DNA of 33,198 nucleotides from Candidatus Rokuibacteriota bacterium (GTDB taxonomy: Bacteria > Methylomirabilota > Methylomirabilia > Rokubacteriales > CSP1-6), in the NCBI GenBank assembly GCA_050731995.1, contig JBOHQB010000074.1, positions 1 to 33,198 on the forward strand, given 5' to 3'. Numbering within the stretch: position 1 is the first letter of the stretch; the number at the start of each line of letters is the position of its first letter. The notes under the pieces were generated by a model that had not been told where the DNA came from, ran no database searches, and saw only the letters and a list, made by a program, of their open reading frames with translations. Positions 22,238 through 30,806 of this stretch are shown one piece after another. The position numbers were made by a program, and so were the translations under genes.

Positions 22238-23398
22238 ATGCCGGGGCGGTCGTTCCTTCAGATCCCGGGCCCCACGCTGGTCCCCGAGCGCATCGTGCGC
22301 GCGATGTCGCAGCCGGTGATCGACCACCGGGGACCGAAGTTCGCCGCGCTCGTGGGTGACTGCCTCGACGGTCTCAAGCGGATCTTCAAGACGGAGCGCG
22401 GCCACGTCGTGCTCTACCCGGGCTCGGGCACCGGCGCGTGGGAGGCGGCGATCGTCAACACCCTCTCCCCCGGCGACCGCGTGCTGGCGTGCGTCAACGG
22501 CCACTTCTCGACGGGGTTCGCGAAGACGGCCGCGGCGTACGGCCTCGAGGTGGACCGTCTCGAGGTGGACTACGGCGATGGCGTTCCGGCCGACGCGCTC
22601 GCGACGCGCCTCGCCGCCGACACCGCGCACGAGATCCGTGCCGTGCTCGTCGTCCACAACGAGACCTCGACCGGGGTGACGTCGGATATTGCCGCCGTGC
22701 GCGCCGCGCTCGACCGCGCGCAGCACCCCGCGCTGCTGCTCGTGGACACCGTGTCGTCGCTTGCGTCCATCGACGTCCGTCACGACGAGTGGGGCGCCGA
22801 CGTCACGCTGACCGGCCCGCAGAAGGGGCTGATGCTCCCGCCCGGCATGGCGATCCTCGCCGTGAGCGAGCGCGCCGTGAGCGCCGGCGAGAAAGCGCGG
22901 TGCCCCCGCGCCTATTGGGACTGGCGGCCCGTGCTGGAGCGGAACCGGCGCGGCGAGTACCCCTACACGCCCGCGACGACGCTCCTCTTCGGACTGCGCG
23001 AGGCGATCGCCATGCTCGAGGAGGAAGGGCTCGCGAACGTCTTTGCGCGCCACGCGCGTCTCGGCGAGGCGTGCCGGCGCGCGGTCGTCGCGTGGGGTCT
23101 CGGCATCCTCTGCCGCAACCCCGCGGAGCGCTCGAACACGCTCACGGCGGTCGTGATGCCGCCGGGGATGGACTCCGACGCGCTCATCCAGCACGCGCAC
23201 CGCCGGCTCGACATGTCGCTCGGCATCGGGCTCGGCGCCGTGCGGGGCAAGGTCTTCCGCATCGGCCACCTCGGCAGCCTCAACGAGCTCGAGCTCCTCG
23301 GCGGACTCGCGGGCCTCGAGATGATGCTGAAGGAGTTCGGGATCCCGGTGCGTCTCGGCGCGGGTGTCGCCGCGGCCGAGGGCTCGCTGCTCGGCTGA
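22238..23398 (+). CDS. Class-V aminotransferase (serine-glyoxylate / alanine-glyoxylate / serine-pyruvate type)
   Basis: 386 aa. FLQIPGPTLVPERI start, HNETSTGV block, and PLP-lysine block LTGPQKGLMLPPGMAIL. Confidence 0.85.
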   Translation: MPGRSFLQIPGPTLVPERIVRAMSQPVIDHRGPKFAALVGDCLDGLKRIFKTERGHVVLYPGSGTGAWEAAIVNTLSPGDRVLACVNGHFSTGFAKTAAAYGLEVDRLEVDYGDGVPADALATRLAADTAHEIRAVLVVHNETSTGVTSDIAAVRAALDRAQHPALLLVDTVSSLASIDVRHDEWGADVTLTGPQKGLMLPPGMAILAVSERAVSAGEKARCPRAYWDWRPVLERNRRGEYPYTPATTLLFGLREAIAMLEEEGLANVFARHARLGEACRRAVVAWGLGILCRNPAERSNTLTAVVMPPGMDSDALIQHAHRRLDMSLGIGLGAVRGKVFRIGHLGSLNELELLGGLAGLEMMLKEFGIPVRLGAGVAAAEGSLLG

Positions 23399-23402
23399 GC
23401 GT

Positions 23403-23732
23403 CTAGCGGCGCGGCAGCGACTTCAGGATGTTCTGGCTCTGGATGCCGCCGCGGACATCGGCGTCGGCGTACGGCGGCTTGATCTGCGGCAGACTCTGCC
23501 GGATGAGCTCGTCGCGCCGTCGCTCCGCCCGCTGCTCTTCGATCGCCTGATCAGCGTCCTGCTCGATCTCGGCGGCCGGCGGCAGCGGGCGGATGACCTG
23601 GGTCTTGCGCCGCTGCTCCATGCCGAGCGTCTCGCTCTCCTGTCGCCCCTGGGCCGGCGCTTCGCACGGCCAGACCGCGAGCGCCGCCAGGAGTGCGACC
23701 CACGGTCGAAGGCGCGGCGAGCTTGCGGTCAT
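23403..23732 (-). CDS. Small secreted hypothetical protein (signal peptide plus highly charged region)
   Basis: 109 aa with GC3-rich codons. Signal peptide RLRPWVALLAALAVWPCEAPAQG. Last gene of the LemA/TPM operon. Confidence 0.5.
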   Translation of the reverse strand: MTASSPRLRPWVALLAALAVWPCEAPAQGRQESETLGMEQRRKTQVIRPLPPAAEIEQDADQAIEEQRAERRRDELIRQSLPQIKPPYADADVRGGIQSQNILKSLPRR

Positions 23733-23748
23733 GAGCCTATCCTACACC

Positions 23749-24468
23749 TCACCAGTCACCGCTCGCGCCGCCGCCGCCGAAGGAGCCGCCCCCGCCGGAG
23801 AAGCTGCTGTCGGACGAGCCGCCGCTCGACCCGCCGCCACCGCTCCGGCCCGAGCCCGACGAGGCCCAGCCGCGCCCGCGCGCCGCATAGCCACCGCGCT
23901 GGCGCATGACCTCGCGTGCCAGCCCAAGGACGATCGCGCCGCCGATGAGGATGAAGGCGACGGTGTGGAAGAGCGCGGTCTGCTCGGCGTCTTTCTGCCG
24001 CTGCCGCCAGATTCCTACATCGCGCTCGAGCGCGATGCGGGCGAAGACGGCGTCCACGGCGGCCTCGAGCCCGGCGGCGTAGCGCTGCTCGCGGAACCGC
24101 GGACCCAGCGCCTCGCGGATGATCTGCGCCGCCACCGAGTCGGGGACTAGCCCCTCCAGGCCGTAACCGACTTCCATCCGGACCTTCCGGTCGCGGACGA
24201 AGACGACCAGGATCACGCCGTTGTCGAGGCCCTTCCGTCCGATGCGCCACCGCTGCGCCAGCCGGATCGAGAAGTCCTCGAGGCTCTCGCCCTCGAGCCC
24301 AGGGAAGATCGCGATCGCCATCTGGGCGCCGGTCGCCCGCTCGCGCTCGGCCAGCCGCTGCTCGAGCCGGGCCCGCGCGTCGGCCGCGAGCAGCCCCGCG
24401 TAGTCGCTGACGCGCGCGTCGGGCGCGGGCGGAACGACGAGCGTCAGGACGAGGAAAGGCAGCAGCAT
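23749..24468 (-). CDS. TPM-domain protein (YgcG-like) with TM segment and Gly/Ser-rich C-terminal tail
   Basis: VSDYAGLLAADARARLEQRL...QMAIAIFP...GVILVVFVRDRKVRMEVGYGLEG is the TPM/DUF477 pattern. A TM segment follows (TVAFILIGGAIVLGL), then a GGGSSGGSS...GGGGASGDW tail. Confidence 0.8.
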   Translation of the reverse strand: MLLPFLVLTLVVPPAPDARVSDYAGLLAADARARLEQRLAERERATGAQMAIAIFPGLEGESLEDFSIRLAQRWRIGRKGLDNGVILVVFVRDRKVRMEVGYGLEGLVPDSVAAQIIREALGPRFREQRYAAGLEAAVDAVFARIALERDVGIWRQRQKDAEQTALFHTVAFILIGGAIVLGLAREVMRQRGGYAARGRGWASSGSGRSGGGGSSGGSSDSSFSGGGGSFGGGGASGDW

Positions 24469-24487
24469 TGCGCCGGCCGCGGCGGGG

Positions 24488-24946
24488 TCATCGGACGCTC
24501 ACGTCGTCGGAGAGCTCGTTCCGGTCGTCGGGGTGGCGCGGGAAGTGCCGGGCAAGCTCGCGCCCGACCTCGTCGACGGCGCCGACCAGGGCGTCGCGCG
24601 TCGCGTCGGCGCGCAGCCGTTCGACCATGAGATCGCGCACGCCCGCCCAGTGCTCGTCGCCGACGCGCGCGTGGATACCCGTGTCGCCGACGACGGCGAG
24701 CCTCCGGCTTCGGATCGCGACGTAGATCAGGACGCCGTGGCGGTCGTGGGTCCGATGCATGCCGAGCCGATGGAAGAGCCTCTGGGCGCGCGCGAGCGGA
24801 TCGCGCGTCCGCCACGGCAGCCGCCGCTCGAGGTGGACGCGGATCTCGCCCGAGGTCCGCGACTCGGAGTGGCGGATGGCTTCGGCGACCGCCTCGAGGT
24901 CGGCGTCCGAAAGGAAGCGGCGGACCCACCGCGGAGGACGCGCCAT
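24488..24946 (-). CDS. TPM-domain protein (TLP18.3/DUF477-like)
   Basis: FLSDADLEAVAEAIRHSESRTSGEIRVHL...HGVLIYVAIRSRRLAVVGDTGI. The ATG at 24946 is preferred (weak GGCGAG upstream). The listed ORF start at 24970 is a TTG. Confidence 0.75.
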   Translation of the reverse strand: MARPPRWVRRFLSDADLEAVAEAIRHSESRTSGEIRVHLERRLPWRTRDPLARAQRLFHRLGMHRTHDRHGVLIYVAIRSRRLAVVGDTGIHARVGDEHWAGVRDLMVERLRADATRDALVGAVDEVGRELARHFPRHPDDRNELSDDVSVR

Positions 24947-24989
24947 CACCAGCTCGCCTGCTCGCGCCAAGAACGGGGCGAGCAGCAGC

Positions 24990-25583
24990 CTAGAACTTCA
25001 CCTTCGGGGCTGTTTGCGCGTCCGGGGCGGCCTCGAAGTACGCCTTCGGGGTGTAACCGGCGAAGCGGGCGACGAAGCTGCCGGGAAAGAGGGCGATGCG
25101 GGTGTCGTAGTCGCGCACCGCCTGGTTGAAGCGCATCCGCTCGACGGTGATGCGATTCTCGGTCCCGGCCAGCTCGGCCTGGAGCGCGAGGAAGTTCTGG
25201 TTGGACTTCAGATCCGGATAGCGCTCGACCGTGACGAGCAGCCGGCTCAGCGCGCCCGACAGCTGGTTCTGCGCCGCCTGGAATCGCTCGATCGCCTTCG
25301 GATCGTTGAGCGCCTGCGGCGTCAGCTGGATGGACGTGGCGCTCGCCCGGGCCTTCGTCACCTCTTCGAGGACGGTCCGCTCCTGGGAGGCGAAGCCCTT
25401 CACGGTCTCGACGAGGTTCGGGATGAGGTCGGCACGACGCTGGTAGACATTCTGGACCTGCGCCGTCTTCTCGGCCACCGTCTGGTCGAGGACGACCAGC
25501 TGGTTGTTGACGGACACGGCCCAGAGGATCACGCCCCCCACGACCACGGCGATCACGACGAGGGCGATGATGAGGCCGCGCAT
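24990..25583 (-). CDS. lemA: LemA family membrane protein
   Basis: The ATG at 25583 gives 197 aa. N-terminal TM segment (LIIALVVIAVVVGGVILWAV), then LemA blocks (VQNVYQRRADLIPNLVETVKG, ERYPDLKSNQNFLALQAELAGTENRITVER). The upstream 36 aa of the listed ORF look non-coding. Confidence 0.9.
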   Translation of the reverse strand: MRGLIIALVVIAVVVGGVILWAVSVNNQLVVLDQTVAEKTAQVQNVYQRRADLIPNLVETVKGFASQERTVLEEVTKARASATSIQLTPQALNDPKAIERFQAAQNQLSGALSRLLVTVERYPDLKSNQNFLALQAELAGTENRITVERMRFNQAVRDYDTRIALFPGSFVARFAGYTPKAYFEAAPDAQTAPKVKF

Positions 25584-25592
25584 GACGCGCCG

Positions 25593-25598
25593 ATTATA
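25593..25598 (-). promoter_or_regulatory. Perfect TATAAT -10 hexamer for the lemA operon
   Basis: The minus strand reads TATAAT (25598-25593), 9 nt before the ATG at 25583. No SD. No convincing -35. Confidence 0.35.
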
Positions 25599-25607
25599 CC
25601 CGCCCGG

Positions 25608-25636
25608 TTGACCCTCCGCGAGGGCGCCGCTAGACT
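25608..25636 (+). promoter_or_regulatory. Sigma70-type promoter TTGACC-17nt-TAGACT; predicts a leaderless GTG start at 25643
   Basis: TTGACC (25608-25613), an exact 17-nt spacer, TAGACT (25631-25636), then 6 nt to the GTG at 25643. Confidence 0.45.
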
Positions 25637-25642
25637 TCGCGC

Positions 25643-26482
25643 GTGACCCAGGAACGTCTGCCCGACTATCGCGTGAAGGCGCGGAACACATCCGCGAGCT
25701 CGGAGAACAAGATCCACGACGACGAGGTCGCCCGCCGCTACGGCTTCCGCGGCGGTCTCGTGCCCGGCGTCACCGTCTACGCCTACATGACGCATCCGCT
25801 CGCCGAGGCGTTCGGAGCGGCGTGGCTCGAGCGCGGCACCGCCAGCGTGCGCTTCGTCAAACCGGTCCTCGACGGCGAGGAGGTCACGATCGCCGGGACG
25901 GTGACCGCACGCGACCCCCGGGGCGTGAGCGCCTCGGTCACCCTGTCGACGGCGTCTACGGGCGAGTGCGCGGTGCTGACGGCGACCCTGCCCGCCGGCA
26001 CGCCGACGCCGGTGAATGCGGCGCTCTACCGCGCGGCGCCGCTCCCGGCGGAGCGCCCGGCGGCGTCGCGCGAGCACCTCGCGTCGCTCGAGGTGCTCGG
26101 GACGCCCGTGGCCACGTACGACGAGGCGGAGGCGACCGAGTACACGCGGAAGGTGAGCGACTCGCTGCCGCTCTACCTCGGCACGGCCGGGCGCGTCCAC
26201 CCGGCGTTCCTCCTCCACCAGTCCAACGCCGCGCTGTCCAAGAACGTCCGTCTGGGGCCGTGGATCCACGCCGGCAGCGTCGTGCGTCACCTGGGCGGGG
26301 CGCGTATCGGCGAGACCCTCGCCACGCGCGGCCGCGTGCGCTCGCTCTTCGAGAAGAAGGGCCGCGAGTTCGTCGAGGCGGACCTCGTGGTCTTCGCGAT
26401 CGGGGCCGGTGAGCGCGCGCGGCCCGTCGCCCACGTGCTGCACACCGCCATCTACCGGCTGCCGGCGCCCACGGACGCCTGA
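25643..26482 (+). CDS. Double hotdog-fold MaoC-like (enoyl-CoA) hydratase/dehydratase
   Basis: 279 aa with a GTG start. N-terminal hotdog with SENKIHDDEVARRYGFRGGLVPGV. Second hotdog domain VHPAFLLHQSNAAL...GRVRSLFEKKGREFVEADLVVF. Confidence 0.7.
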   Translation: MTQERLPDYRVKARNTSASSENKIHDDEVARRYGFRGGLVPGVTVYAYMTHPLAEAFGAAWLERGTASVRFVKPVLDGEEVTIAGTVTARDPRGVSASVTLSTASTGECAVLTATLPAGTPTPVNAALYRAAPLPAERPAASREHLASLEVLGTPVATYDEAEATEYTRKVSDSLPLYLGTAGRVHPAFLLHQSNAALSKNVRLGPWIHAGSVVRHLGGARIGETLATRGRVRSLFEKKGREFVEADLVVFAIGAGERARPVAHVLHTAIYRLPAPTDA

Positions 26483-26542
26483 CCGGTTGCCGGGGCGAGG
26501 ACCCCGTGCTAGAAACGCTCATTCCCCGCGAGGAGGCGGACG

Positions 26543-27748
26543 ATGGACCTGAATCCCACCCCTGAGGAGCGCGCCTTCCGGAGCGAAGTCCGGCGCTGGC
26601 TCGAGGCGAACATTCCCCGAGACGAGCTGAAGACCCTCGACGAGCGCAAGGCGTGGCACCGGAAGCTCTACGAGGCGGGATACGTCGGCATGCTGTGGCC
26701 CAAGGACTACGGCGGCTGGGGCCGCACGCCGATGCAGCAGGCGATCGTGCAGGACGAGATGGCCCGGCTCAGCGCGCCGCCGGCGATCAACGGCCTCGGG
26801 ATCGGCTTCATCGGGCCGACGATCATCGTGCACGGCACCGACGCGCAGAAGCAGCGCTACCTCAAGAAGATGCTCACGGCTGAGGAGATCTGGTGCCAGC
26901 TCTACTCCGAGCCGAACTCGGGCTCGGACCTCGCCTCGCTGCGGACGCGCGCCGACGACCAGGGCGACCACTACCTCGTCAACGGCCAGAAGATCTGGAC
27001 GTCGAGCGGGCCGATCGCGGACTGGGGCATCCTGCTCGCGCGCACGGACTCGACGGTCAGCAAGCACAAGGGCATCTCCTGCTTCCTCTTCAGCATGCGC
27101 CAACCGGGCGTCGAGGTGCGCCCCCTCAAGCAGATCACCGGCTCCTCGCTCTTCAGCGAGGTCTTCATGACCAACGCGCGGGCCGAGAAGCACGACCTCG
27201 TCGGCAGGCTCAACCAGGGCTGGGAGATCGCGCAGACGACGCTGGGCTACGAGCGCGGCGGCAACTCGCTCGGCCGCGTCACGCGGTACGCGATCGCCTT
27301 CGGCCAGCTCGTGAGGGCGACGAAGGAGCTGCGGCGCAACGGCAAGCCGCTCATCGAGGACCCGGTCATCCGACACAAGCTCGGCAAGATCTACGCCGAC
27401 CTCGAGGTCCAGCGTTACGCGGGGCTGCGCGTGCTGTCGGCGCTGAACACGAGCGACTCCCCCGGCGCCGCGTCGTCGGTCACGAAGCTCTCGTACACGG
27501 AGTTCGAGAAGCGCTACTACGAGCTCGCGCTCGAGATCCTCGGGCCCTACGGCCAGCTGACCTCGGCGCGCGAGGAGTTCGAGGAGATCGACACCTCCTC
27601 CGGCGAGCCCGGCACGTGGGCGACCGCGTTCCTCTGGTCGCGCGCCGGCACGATCTACTCCGGCTCCTCCGAGATCCAGAAGAACATCATCGGCGAGCGC
27701 GTGCTCGGCCTGCCCAAGGAAGTGCGCGCCGACCGGATCAAGGCCTGA
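26543..27748 (+). CDS. Acyl-CoA dehydrogenase family protein (first of an adjacent pair)
   Basis: 401 aa. Strong AGGAGG SD 6 nt upstream. WCQLYSEPNSGSDLASLRTRA, VNGQKIWTSSG and GSSEIQKNIIGERVLGLP blocks. Confidence 0.85.
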   Translation: MDLNPTPEERAFRSEVRRWLEANIPRDELKTLDERKAWHRKLYEAGYVGMLWPKDYGGWGRTPMQQAIVQDEMARLSAPPAINGLGIGFIGPTIIVHGTDAQKQRYLKKMLTAEEIWCQLYSEPNSGSDLASLRTRADDQGDHYLVNGQKIWTSSGPIADWGILLARTDSTVSKHKGISCFLFSMRQPGVEVRPLKQITGSSLFSEVFMTNARAEKHDLVGRLNQGWEIAQTTLGYERGGNSLGRVTRYAIAFGQLVRATKELRRNGKPLIEDPVIRHKLGKIYADLEVQRYAGLRVLSALNTSDSPGAASSVTKLSYTEFEKRYYELALEILGPYGQLTSAREEFEEIDTSSGEPGTWATAFLWSRAGTIYSGSSEIQKNIIGERVLGLPKEVRADRIKA

Positions 27749-27749
27749 C

Positions 27750-28868
27750 ATGGACTTCGCGCTCACCTCCGACCAGACTCTCTTGAAGAACTCGGCGCGC
27801 GCGTTCCTCGACGAGCACGTGAAGCCCGCGACCGTGCGCCTGCTCTGGGACGACCCGCGCGGCGAGAGCGAGACCCTGTGGAAGGAGATGGCCCAGCTCG
27901 GCTGGCTCGGCCTGTCCTTGCCCGAGGAGCACGGTGGGAGCGCCCTCGGGATGGTCGAGACGGCGGTCCTCCAGGAACAGCTCGGCCACGCCGCGTGCCC
28001 GGGTCCGTATCTCCCGACGCTGCTCGCCGCCCATGCGATCCTGGAAGCCGGCACCGACGCGCAGAAAAAGCGCTGGCTTCCCGCGGTCGCCACGGGCGCT
28101 GCGCGCGCGACGGTCGCGTTCCTCGACGCCGACACGGACTGGAGCCCCGACGCGGCGCAGACGCGCGCGGAGAAGACCTCCAGGGGCTGGCAGCTGACGG
28201 GCACCAAGCGCTTCGTACCGTGGGCCCACGTCGCCGATCTTATATTGGCGCCGGCACACACGCCCGAGGGGCTCACGCTCTTCCTCCTGGACCCGTCGGC
28301 GTCGGGGATCTCGCTCGAGCCGGCGCCCGTGATGGACGGCGCCATGCGCCTGACGACAGTCGCGCTCGACAAGACGCCGGTCGCGGGCGACGCGGTGCTG
28401 GGATCTCCCGGCCGCGCCGCTCCCGCGCTCGCCGCGCTCCTCCGTCGCGGCGCGGTCGCCGCCGCCGCCGAGCAGCTCGGCGCCGCCCGGCGCTGCCTCG
28501 ACATGGCCGTCGGCTACGCGAAGGTGCGCGAGCAGTTCGGTCAGCCGATCGGCTCGTTCCAGGCGATCCGCCACAAGTGCGCCGACATGCTGCTCGAGAT
28601 CGAGAACTCGCACTCGGCGGTCTACTACGCCGCGTGGGCGCTCGACGCCGGGGCCGACGACGCTCCGCTCGCCGCGTCCGTCGCCAAGGCCTACGTCGGC
28701 GACGCGACCCGGAAGGTCTGCGGCGAGGCGATCCAGGTGCACGGCGGGATCGGCTTCACCTGGGAGTACGACCTGCACCTCTACTTCAAACGCGCCAAGG
28801 CGCTCGAGGCCATGTACGGCGACGCGGAGTACCACCGCGAGCTGATCGTCCGCCACGTGGCGCGCTGA
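27750..28868 (+). CDS. Acyl-CoA dehydrogenase family protein (second of the pair)
   Basis: 372 aa. Starts 1 nt after the upstream stop. GWLGLSLPEEHGG, REQFGQPIGSFQAIRHKCADM and IQVHGGIGFTWEYDLHLYFKRAK blocks. Confidence 0.85.
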   Translation: MDFALTSDQTLLKNSARAFLDEHVKPATVRLLWDDPRGESETLWKEMAQLGWLGLSLPEEHGGSALGMVETAVLQEQLGHAACPGPYLPTLLAAHAILEAGTDAQKKRWLPAVATGAARATVAFLDADTDWSPDAAQTRAEKTSRGWQLTGTKRFVPWAHVADLILAPAHTPEGLTLFLLDPSASGISLEPAPVMDGAMRLTTVALDKTPVAGDAVLGSPGRAAPALAALLRRGAVAAAAEQLGAARRCLDMAVGYAKVREQFGQPIGSFQAIRHKCADMLLEIENSHSAVYYAAWALDAGADDAPLAASVAKAYVGDATRKVCGEAIQVHGGIGFTWEYDLHLYFKRAKALEAMYGDAEYHRELIVRHVAR

Positions 28869-28878
28869 GCCCCGCCCC

Positions 28879-30027
28879 GTGGGCCAGGCTCCCCCGCCGC
28901 TCGACGGCATCTGCGTCGTCGACCTGACGAGCTACATCGCCGGCTCCTACGCCGCGATGCAGCTCGCCGACATGGGCGCCGACGTGGTCAAGGTCGAAGC
29001 GCTCGAGGGCGACTCGTTCCGCGAGCTGCCCGGGTTCTTCGGCTGGAACCGTGGCAAGCGCTCGATCGCGGTGAATCTGAAGACGCCCGAGGGCGTCGAG
29101 GTCGTCGAGCGGCTCGTGGCCGGCGCCGACGTCTTCATGGAGAACATGCGCCCCGGCGTCGCCGAGCGCCTCGGTGTCGGCTGGGAGCGGCTCTCGGCGA
29201 TCAACCCCCGGCTCGTCTACTGCTCGGTGACCGCCTTCGGCTCGACCGGCCCCGGCGTCGAGCGCCCGGGCTTCGATCCGGTCTTCCAGGCGATGGGCGG
29301 CGTGATGACGCTCCAGGGCTTCGGCGGGCCGCCCCAGTATCTGCGGACCGCGCCGACCGACTACTACACGGCCGCGCTCGCGGCCCAGGCGGTCGTCGCC
29401 GCGCTCTTCGCGCGCGAGCGCACGGGCCGCGGCCAGCGCGTCGAGACGTCGCTGCTCCGCGGCGTGATGGCGCTCCAGTCGGGCATTGCCGTCGACTATC
29501 CGGCGAAGCCGACGCTGCTCCGCGACAACCCGACGTACCGTCTCTACCAGGCGGGCGACGGCCGGTGGTTCTTCCTGGCGTGCGGCAACCAATCCTTCTG
29601 GGTCAAGCTCTGCAAGGCGCTCGGCCTCGAGGAGCTGGCCGACGACCCGCGCTTCGCGTCGTGGCTCCTGCGCCTCGAGAACAACCAGGCGCTCCTGCCG
29701 CGCCTGCAAGAGACGTTCGCCTCAAAGCCCCGGGGCCACTGGCTCGAGGTCCTCGCGTCGAACGACATTCCCGCCGCGCCGGTGCAAACGATCGCCGAGT
29801 TCATGGACGACCCGGCGGTCCGCCACCACGACATGGTCCGCGAGTACGACCACCCGGAGGTCGGGCGGCTGCGCCTGATGGGCCAGCCGCTGGTCTTCGG
29901 TGACACGCCGACACGCGATCCGGGGCCGCCGCCGACGCTCGGACAGCACACCGACGAGATCATGAAGGCGCTGGGCTACGGCGACGCGGCGATCGCCGAG
30001 CTGCGCGCGAAGAGGGCCATCCGGTGA
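28879..30027 (+). CDS. Family III CoA-transferase (CaiB/BaiF/Frc type)
   Basis: 382 aa with a GTG start. PLDGICVVDLTSYIAGSYAAMQLADMGADVVKVE and ADVFMENMRPGVAERLG blocks. Confidence 0.85.
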   Translation: MGQAPPPLDGICVVDLTSYIAGSYAAMQLADMGADVVKVEALEGDSFRELPGFFGWNRGKRSIAVNLKTPEGVEVVERLVAGADVFMENMRPGVAERLGVGWERLSAINPRLVYCSVTAFGSTGPGVERPGFDPVFQAMGGVMTLQGFGGPPQYLRTAPTDYYTAALAAQAVVAALFARERTGRGQRVETSLLRGVMALQSGIAVDYPAKPTLLRDNPTYRLYQAGDGRWFFLACGNQSFWVKLCKALGLEELADDPRFASWLLRLENNQALLPRLQETFASKPRGHWLEVLASNDIPAAPVQTIAEFMDDPAVRHHDMVREYDHPEVGRLRLMGQPLVFGDTPTRDPGPPPTLGQHTDEIMKALGYGDAAIAELRAKRAIR

Positions 30028-30806
30028 CCTACGAGGCGATCCGGTATGAGCTCGGCGACGGCGTCGCGACGATCACGCTGAACCGCCCCGAAGTCCACAA
30101 CGCAATGAACGATCTCATGCGGCGCGAGCTCAGGCGCTGCTTCGAGTCCGTCGCGGAGGCCGACGACGTCCGGGTCGTCGTCGTCACGGGCGCGGGCGCC
30201 AAGGCCTTCTCCGCCGGCGCCGACATCCGCGAGTTCGTCGAGCCGCAGGCCCCCACGCGCTTCCGCGACTCCCGCCGGCGCGTCGACTTCCGCGCGGTGA
30301 TGGACCGCTGCCCCCAGCCGATCCTCGCGGCCATCGGCGGCTACGCCTTCGGCGGGGGCCTCGAGCTCGCGCTCGCCTGCGACATCCGCATCGCGGCGGC
30401 GAACGCGACGCTCGGCCTCACCGAGGTCAACCTCGCGATCATCCCGGGCGGCGGCGGCACCCAGCGGCTGCCCCGCATCGTGGGACGCGGCAAGGCGCTC
30501 GAGCTGATTCTCACCGGTGCCCGGATCCCGGCCGACGAGGCGCTCCGGATCGGGCTCGTCGAGCGGGTCGTCCCCGAGGGGCAGGCGCTCTCGGCAGCGA
30601 CCGAGCTGGCGCGGACGCTGGCCGCCCGCGCGCCAGTCGCCCTCCGCTACGCGAAAGAGGCCGTCGTGAAGGGGCTCGAGCTGCCCCTCGCGGACGGTCT
30701 CCGTCTCGAGAACGACCTCTCGACGCTCCTCCGCACGACGGAGGACCGTGTCGAGGGCGCCAAGGCCTTTCTCGAGAAGCGTCCGCCGCGCTGGACCGGG
30801 CGCTAG
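30024..30806 (+). CDS. Enoyl-CoA hydratase/isomerase (crotonase family)
   Basis: 260 aa. The GTG overlaps the upstream stop (GTGA). ITLNRPEVHNAM, GAGAKAFSAGADI and GGYAFGGGLELALACDIRIA blocks. Confidence 0.9.
   Translation: MTYEAIRYELGDGVATITLNRPEVHNAMNDLMRRELRRCFESVAEADDVRVVVVTGAGAKAFSAGADIREFVEPQAPTRFRDSRRRVDFRAVMDRCPQPILAAIGGYAFGGGLELALACDIRIAAANATLGLTEVNLAIIPGGGGTQRLPRIVGRGKALELILTGARIPADEALRIGLVERVVPEGQALSAATELARTLAARAPVALRYAKEAVVKGLELPLADGLRLENDLSTLLRTTEDRVEGAKAFLEKRPPRWTGR

Noticed and set aside
23749-23880. Repetitive GGC/GCC/AGC-rich DNA resembling a tandem repeat
   Set aside because: It encodes the Gly/Ser-rich C-terminal tail typical of YgcG/TPM proteins. It is low-complexity coding sequence, not a repeat element or CRISPR.
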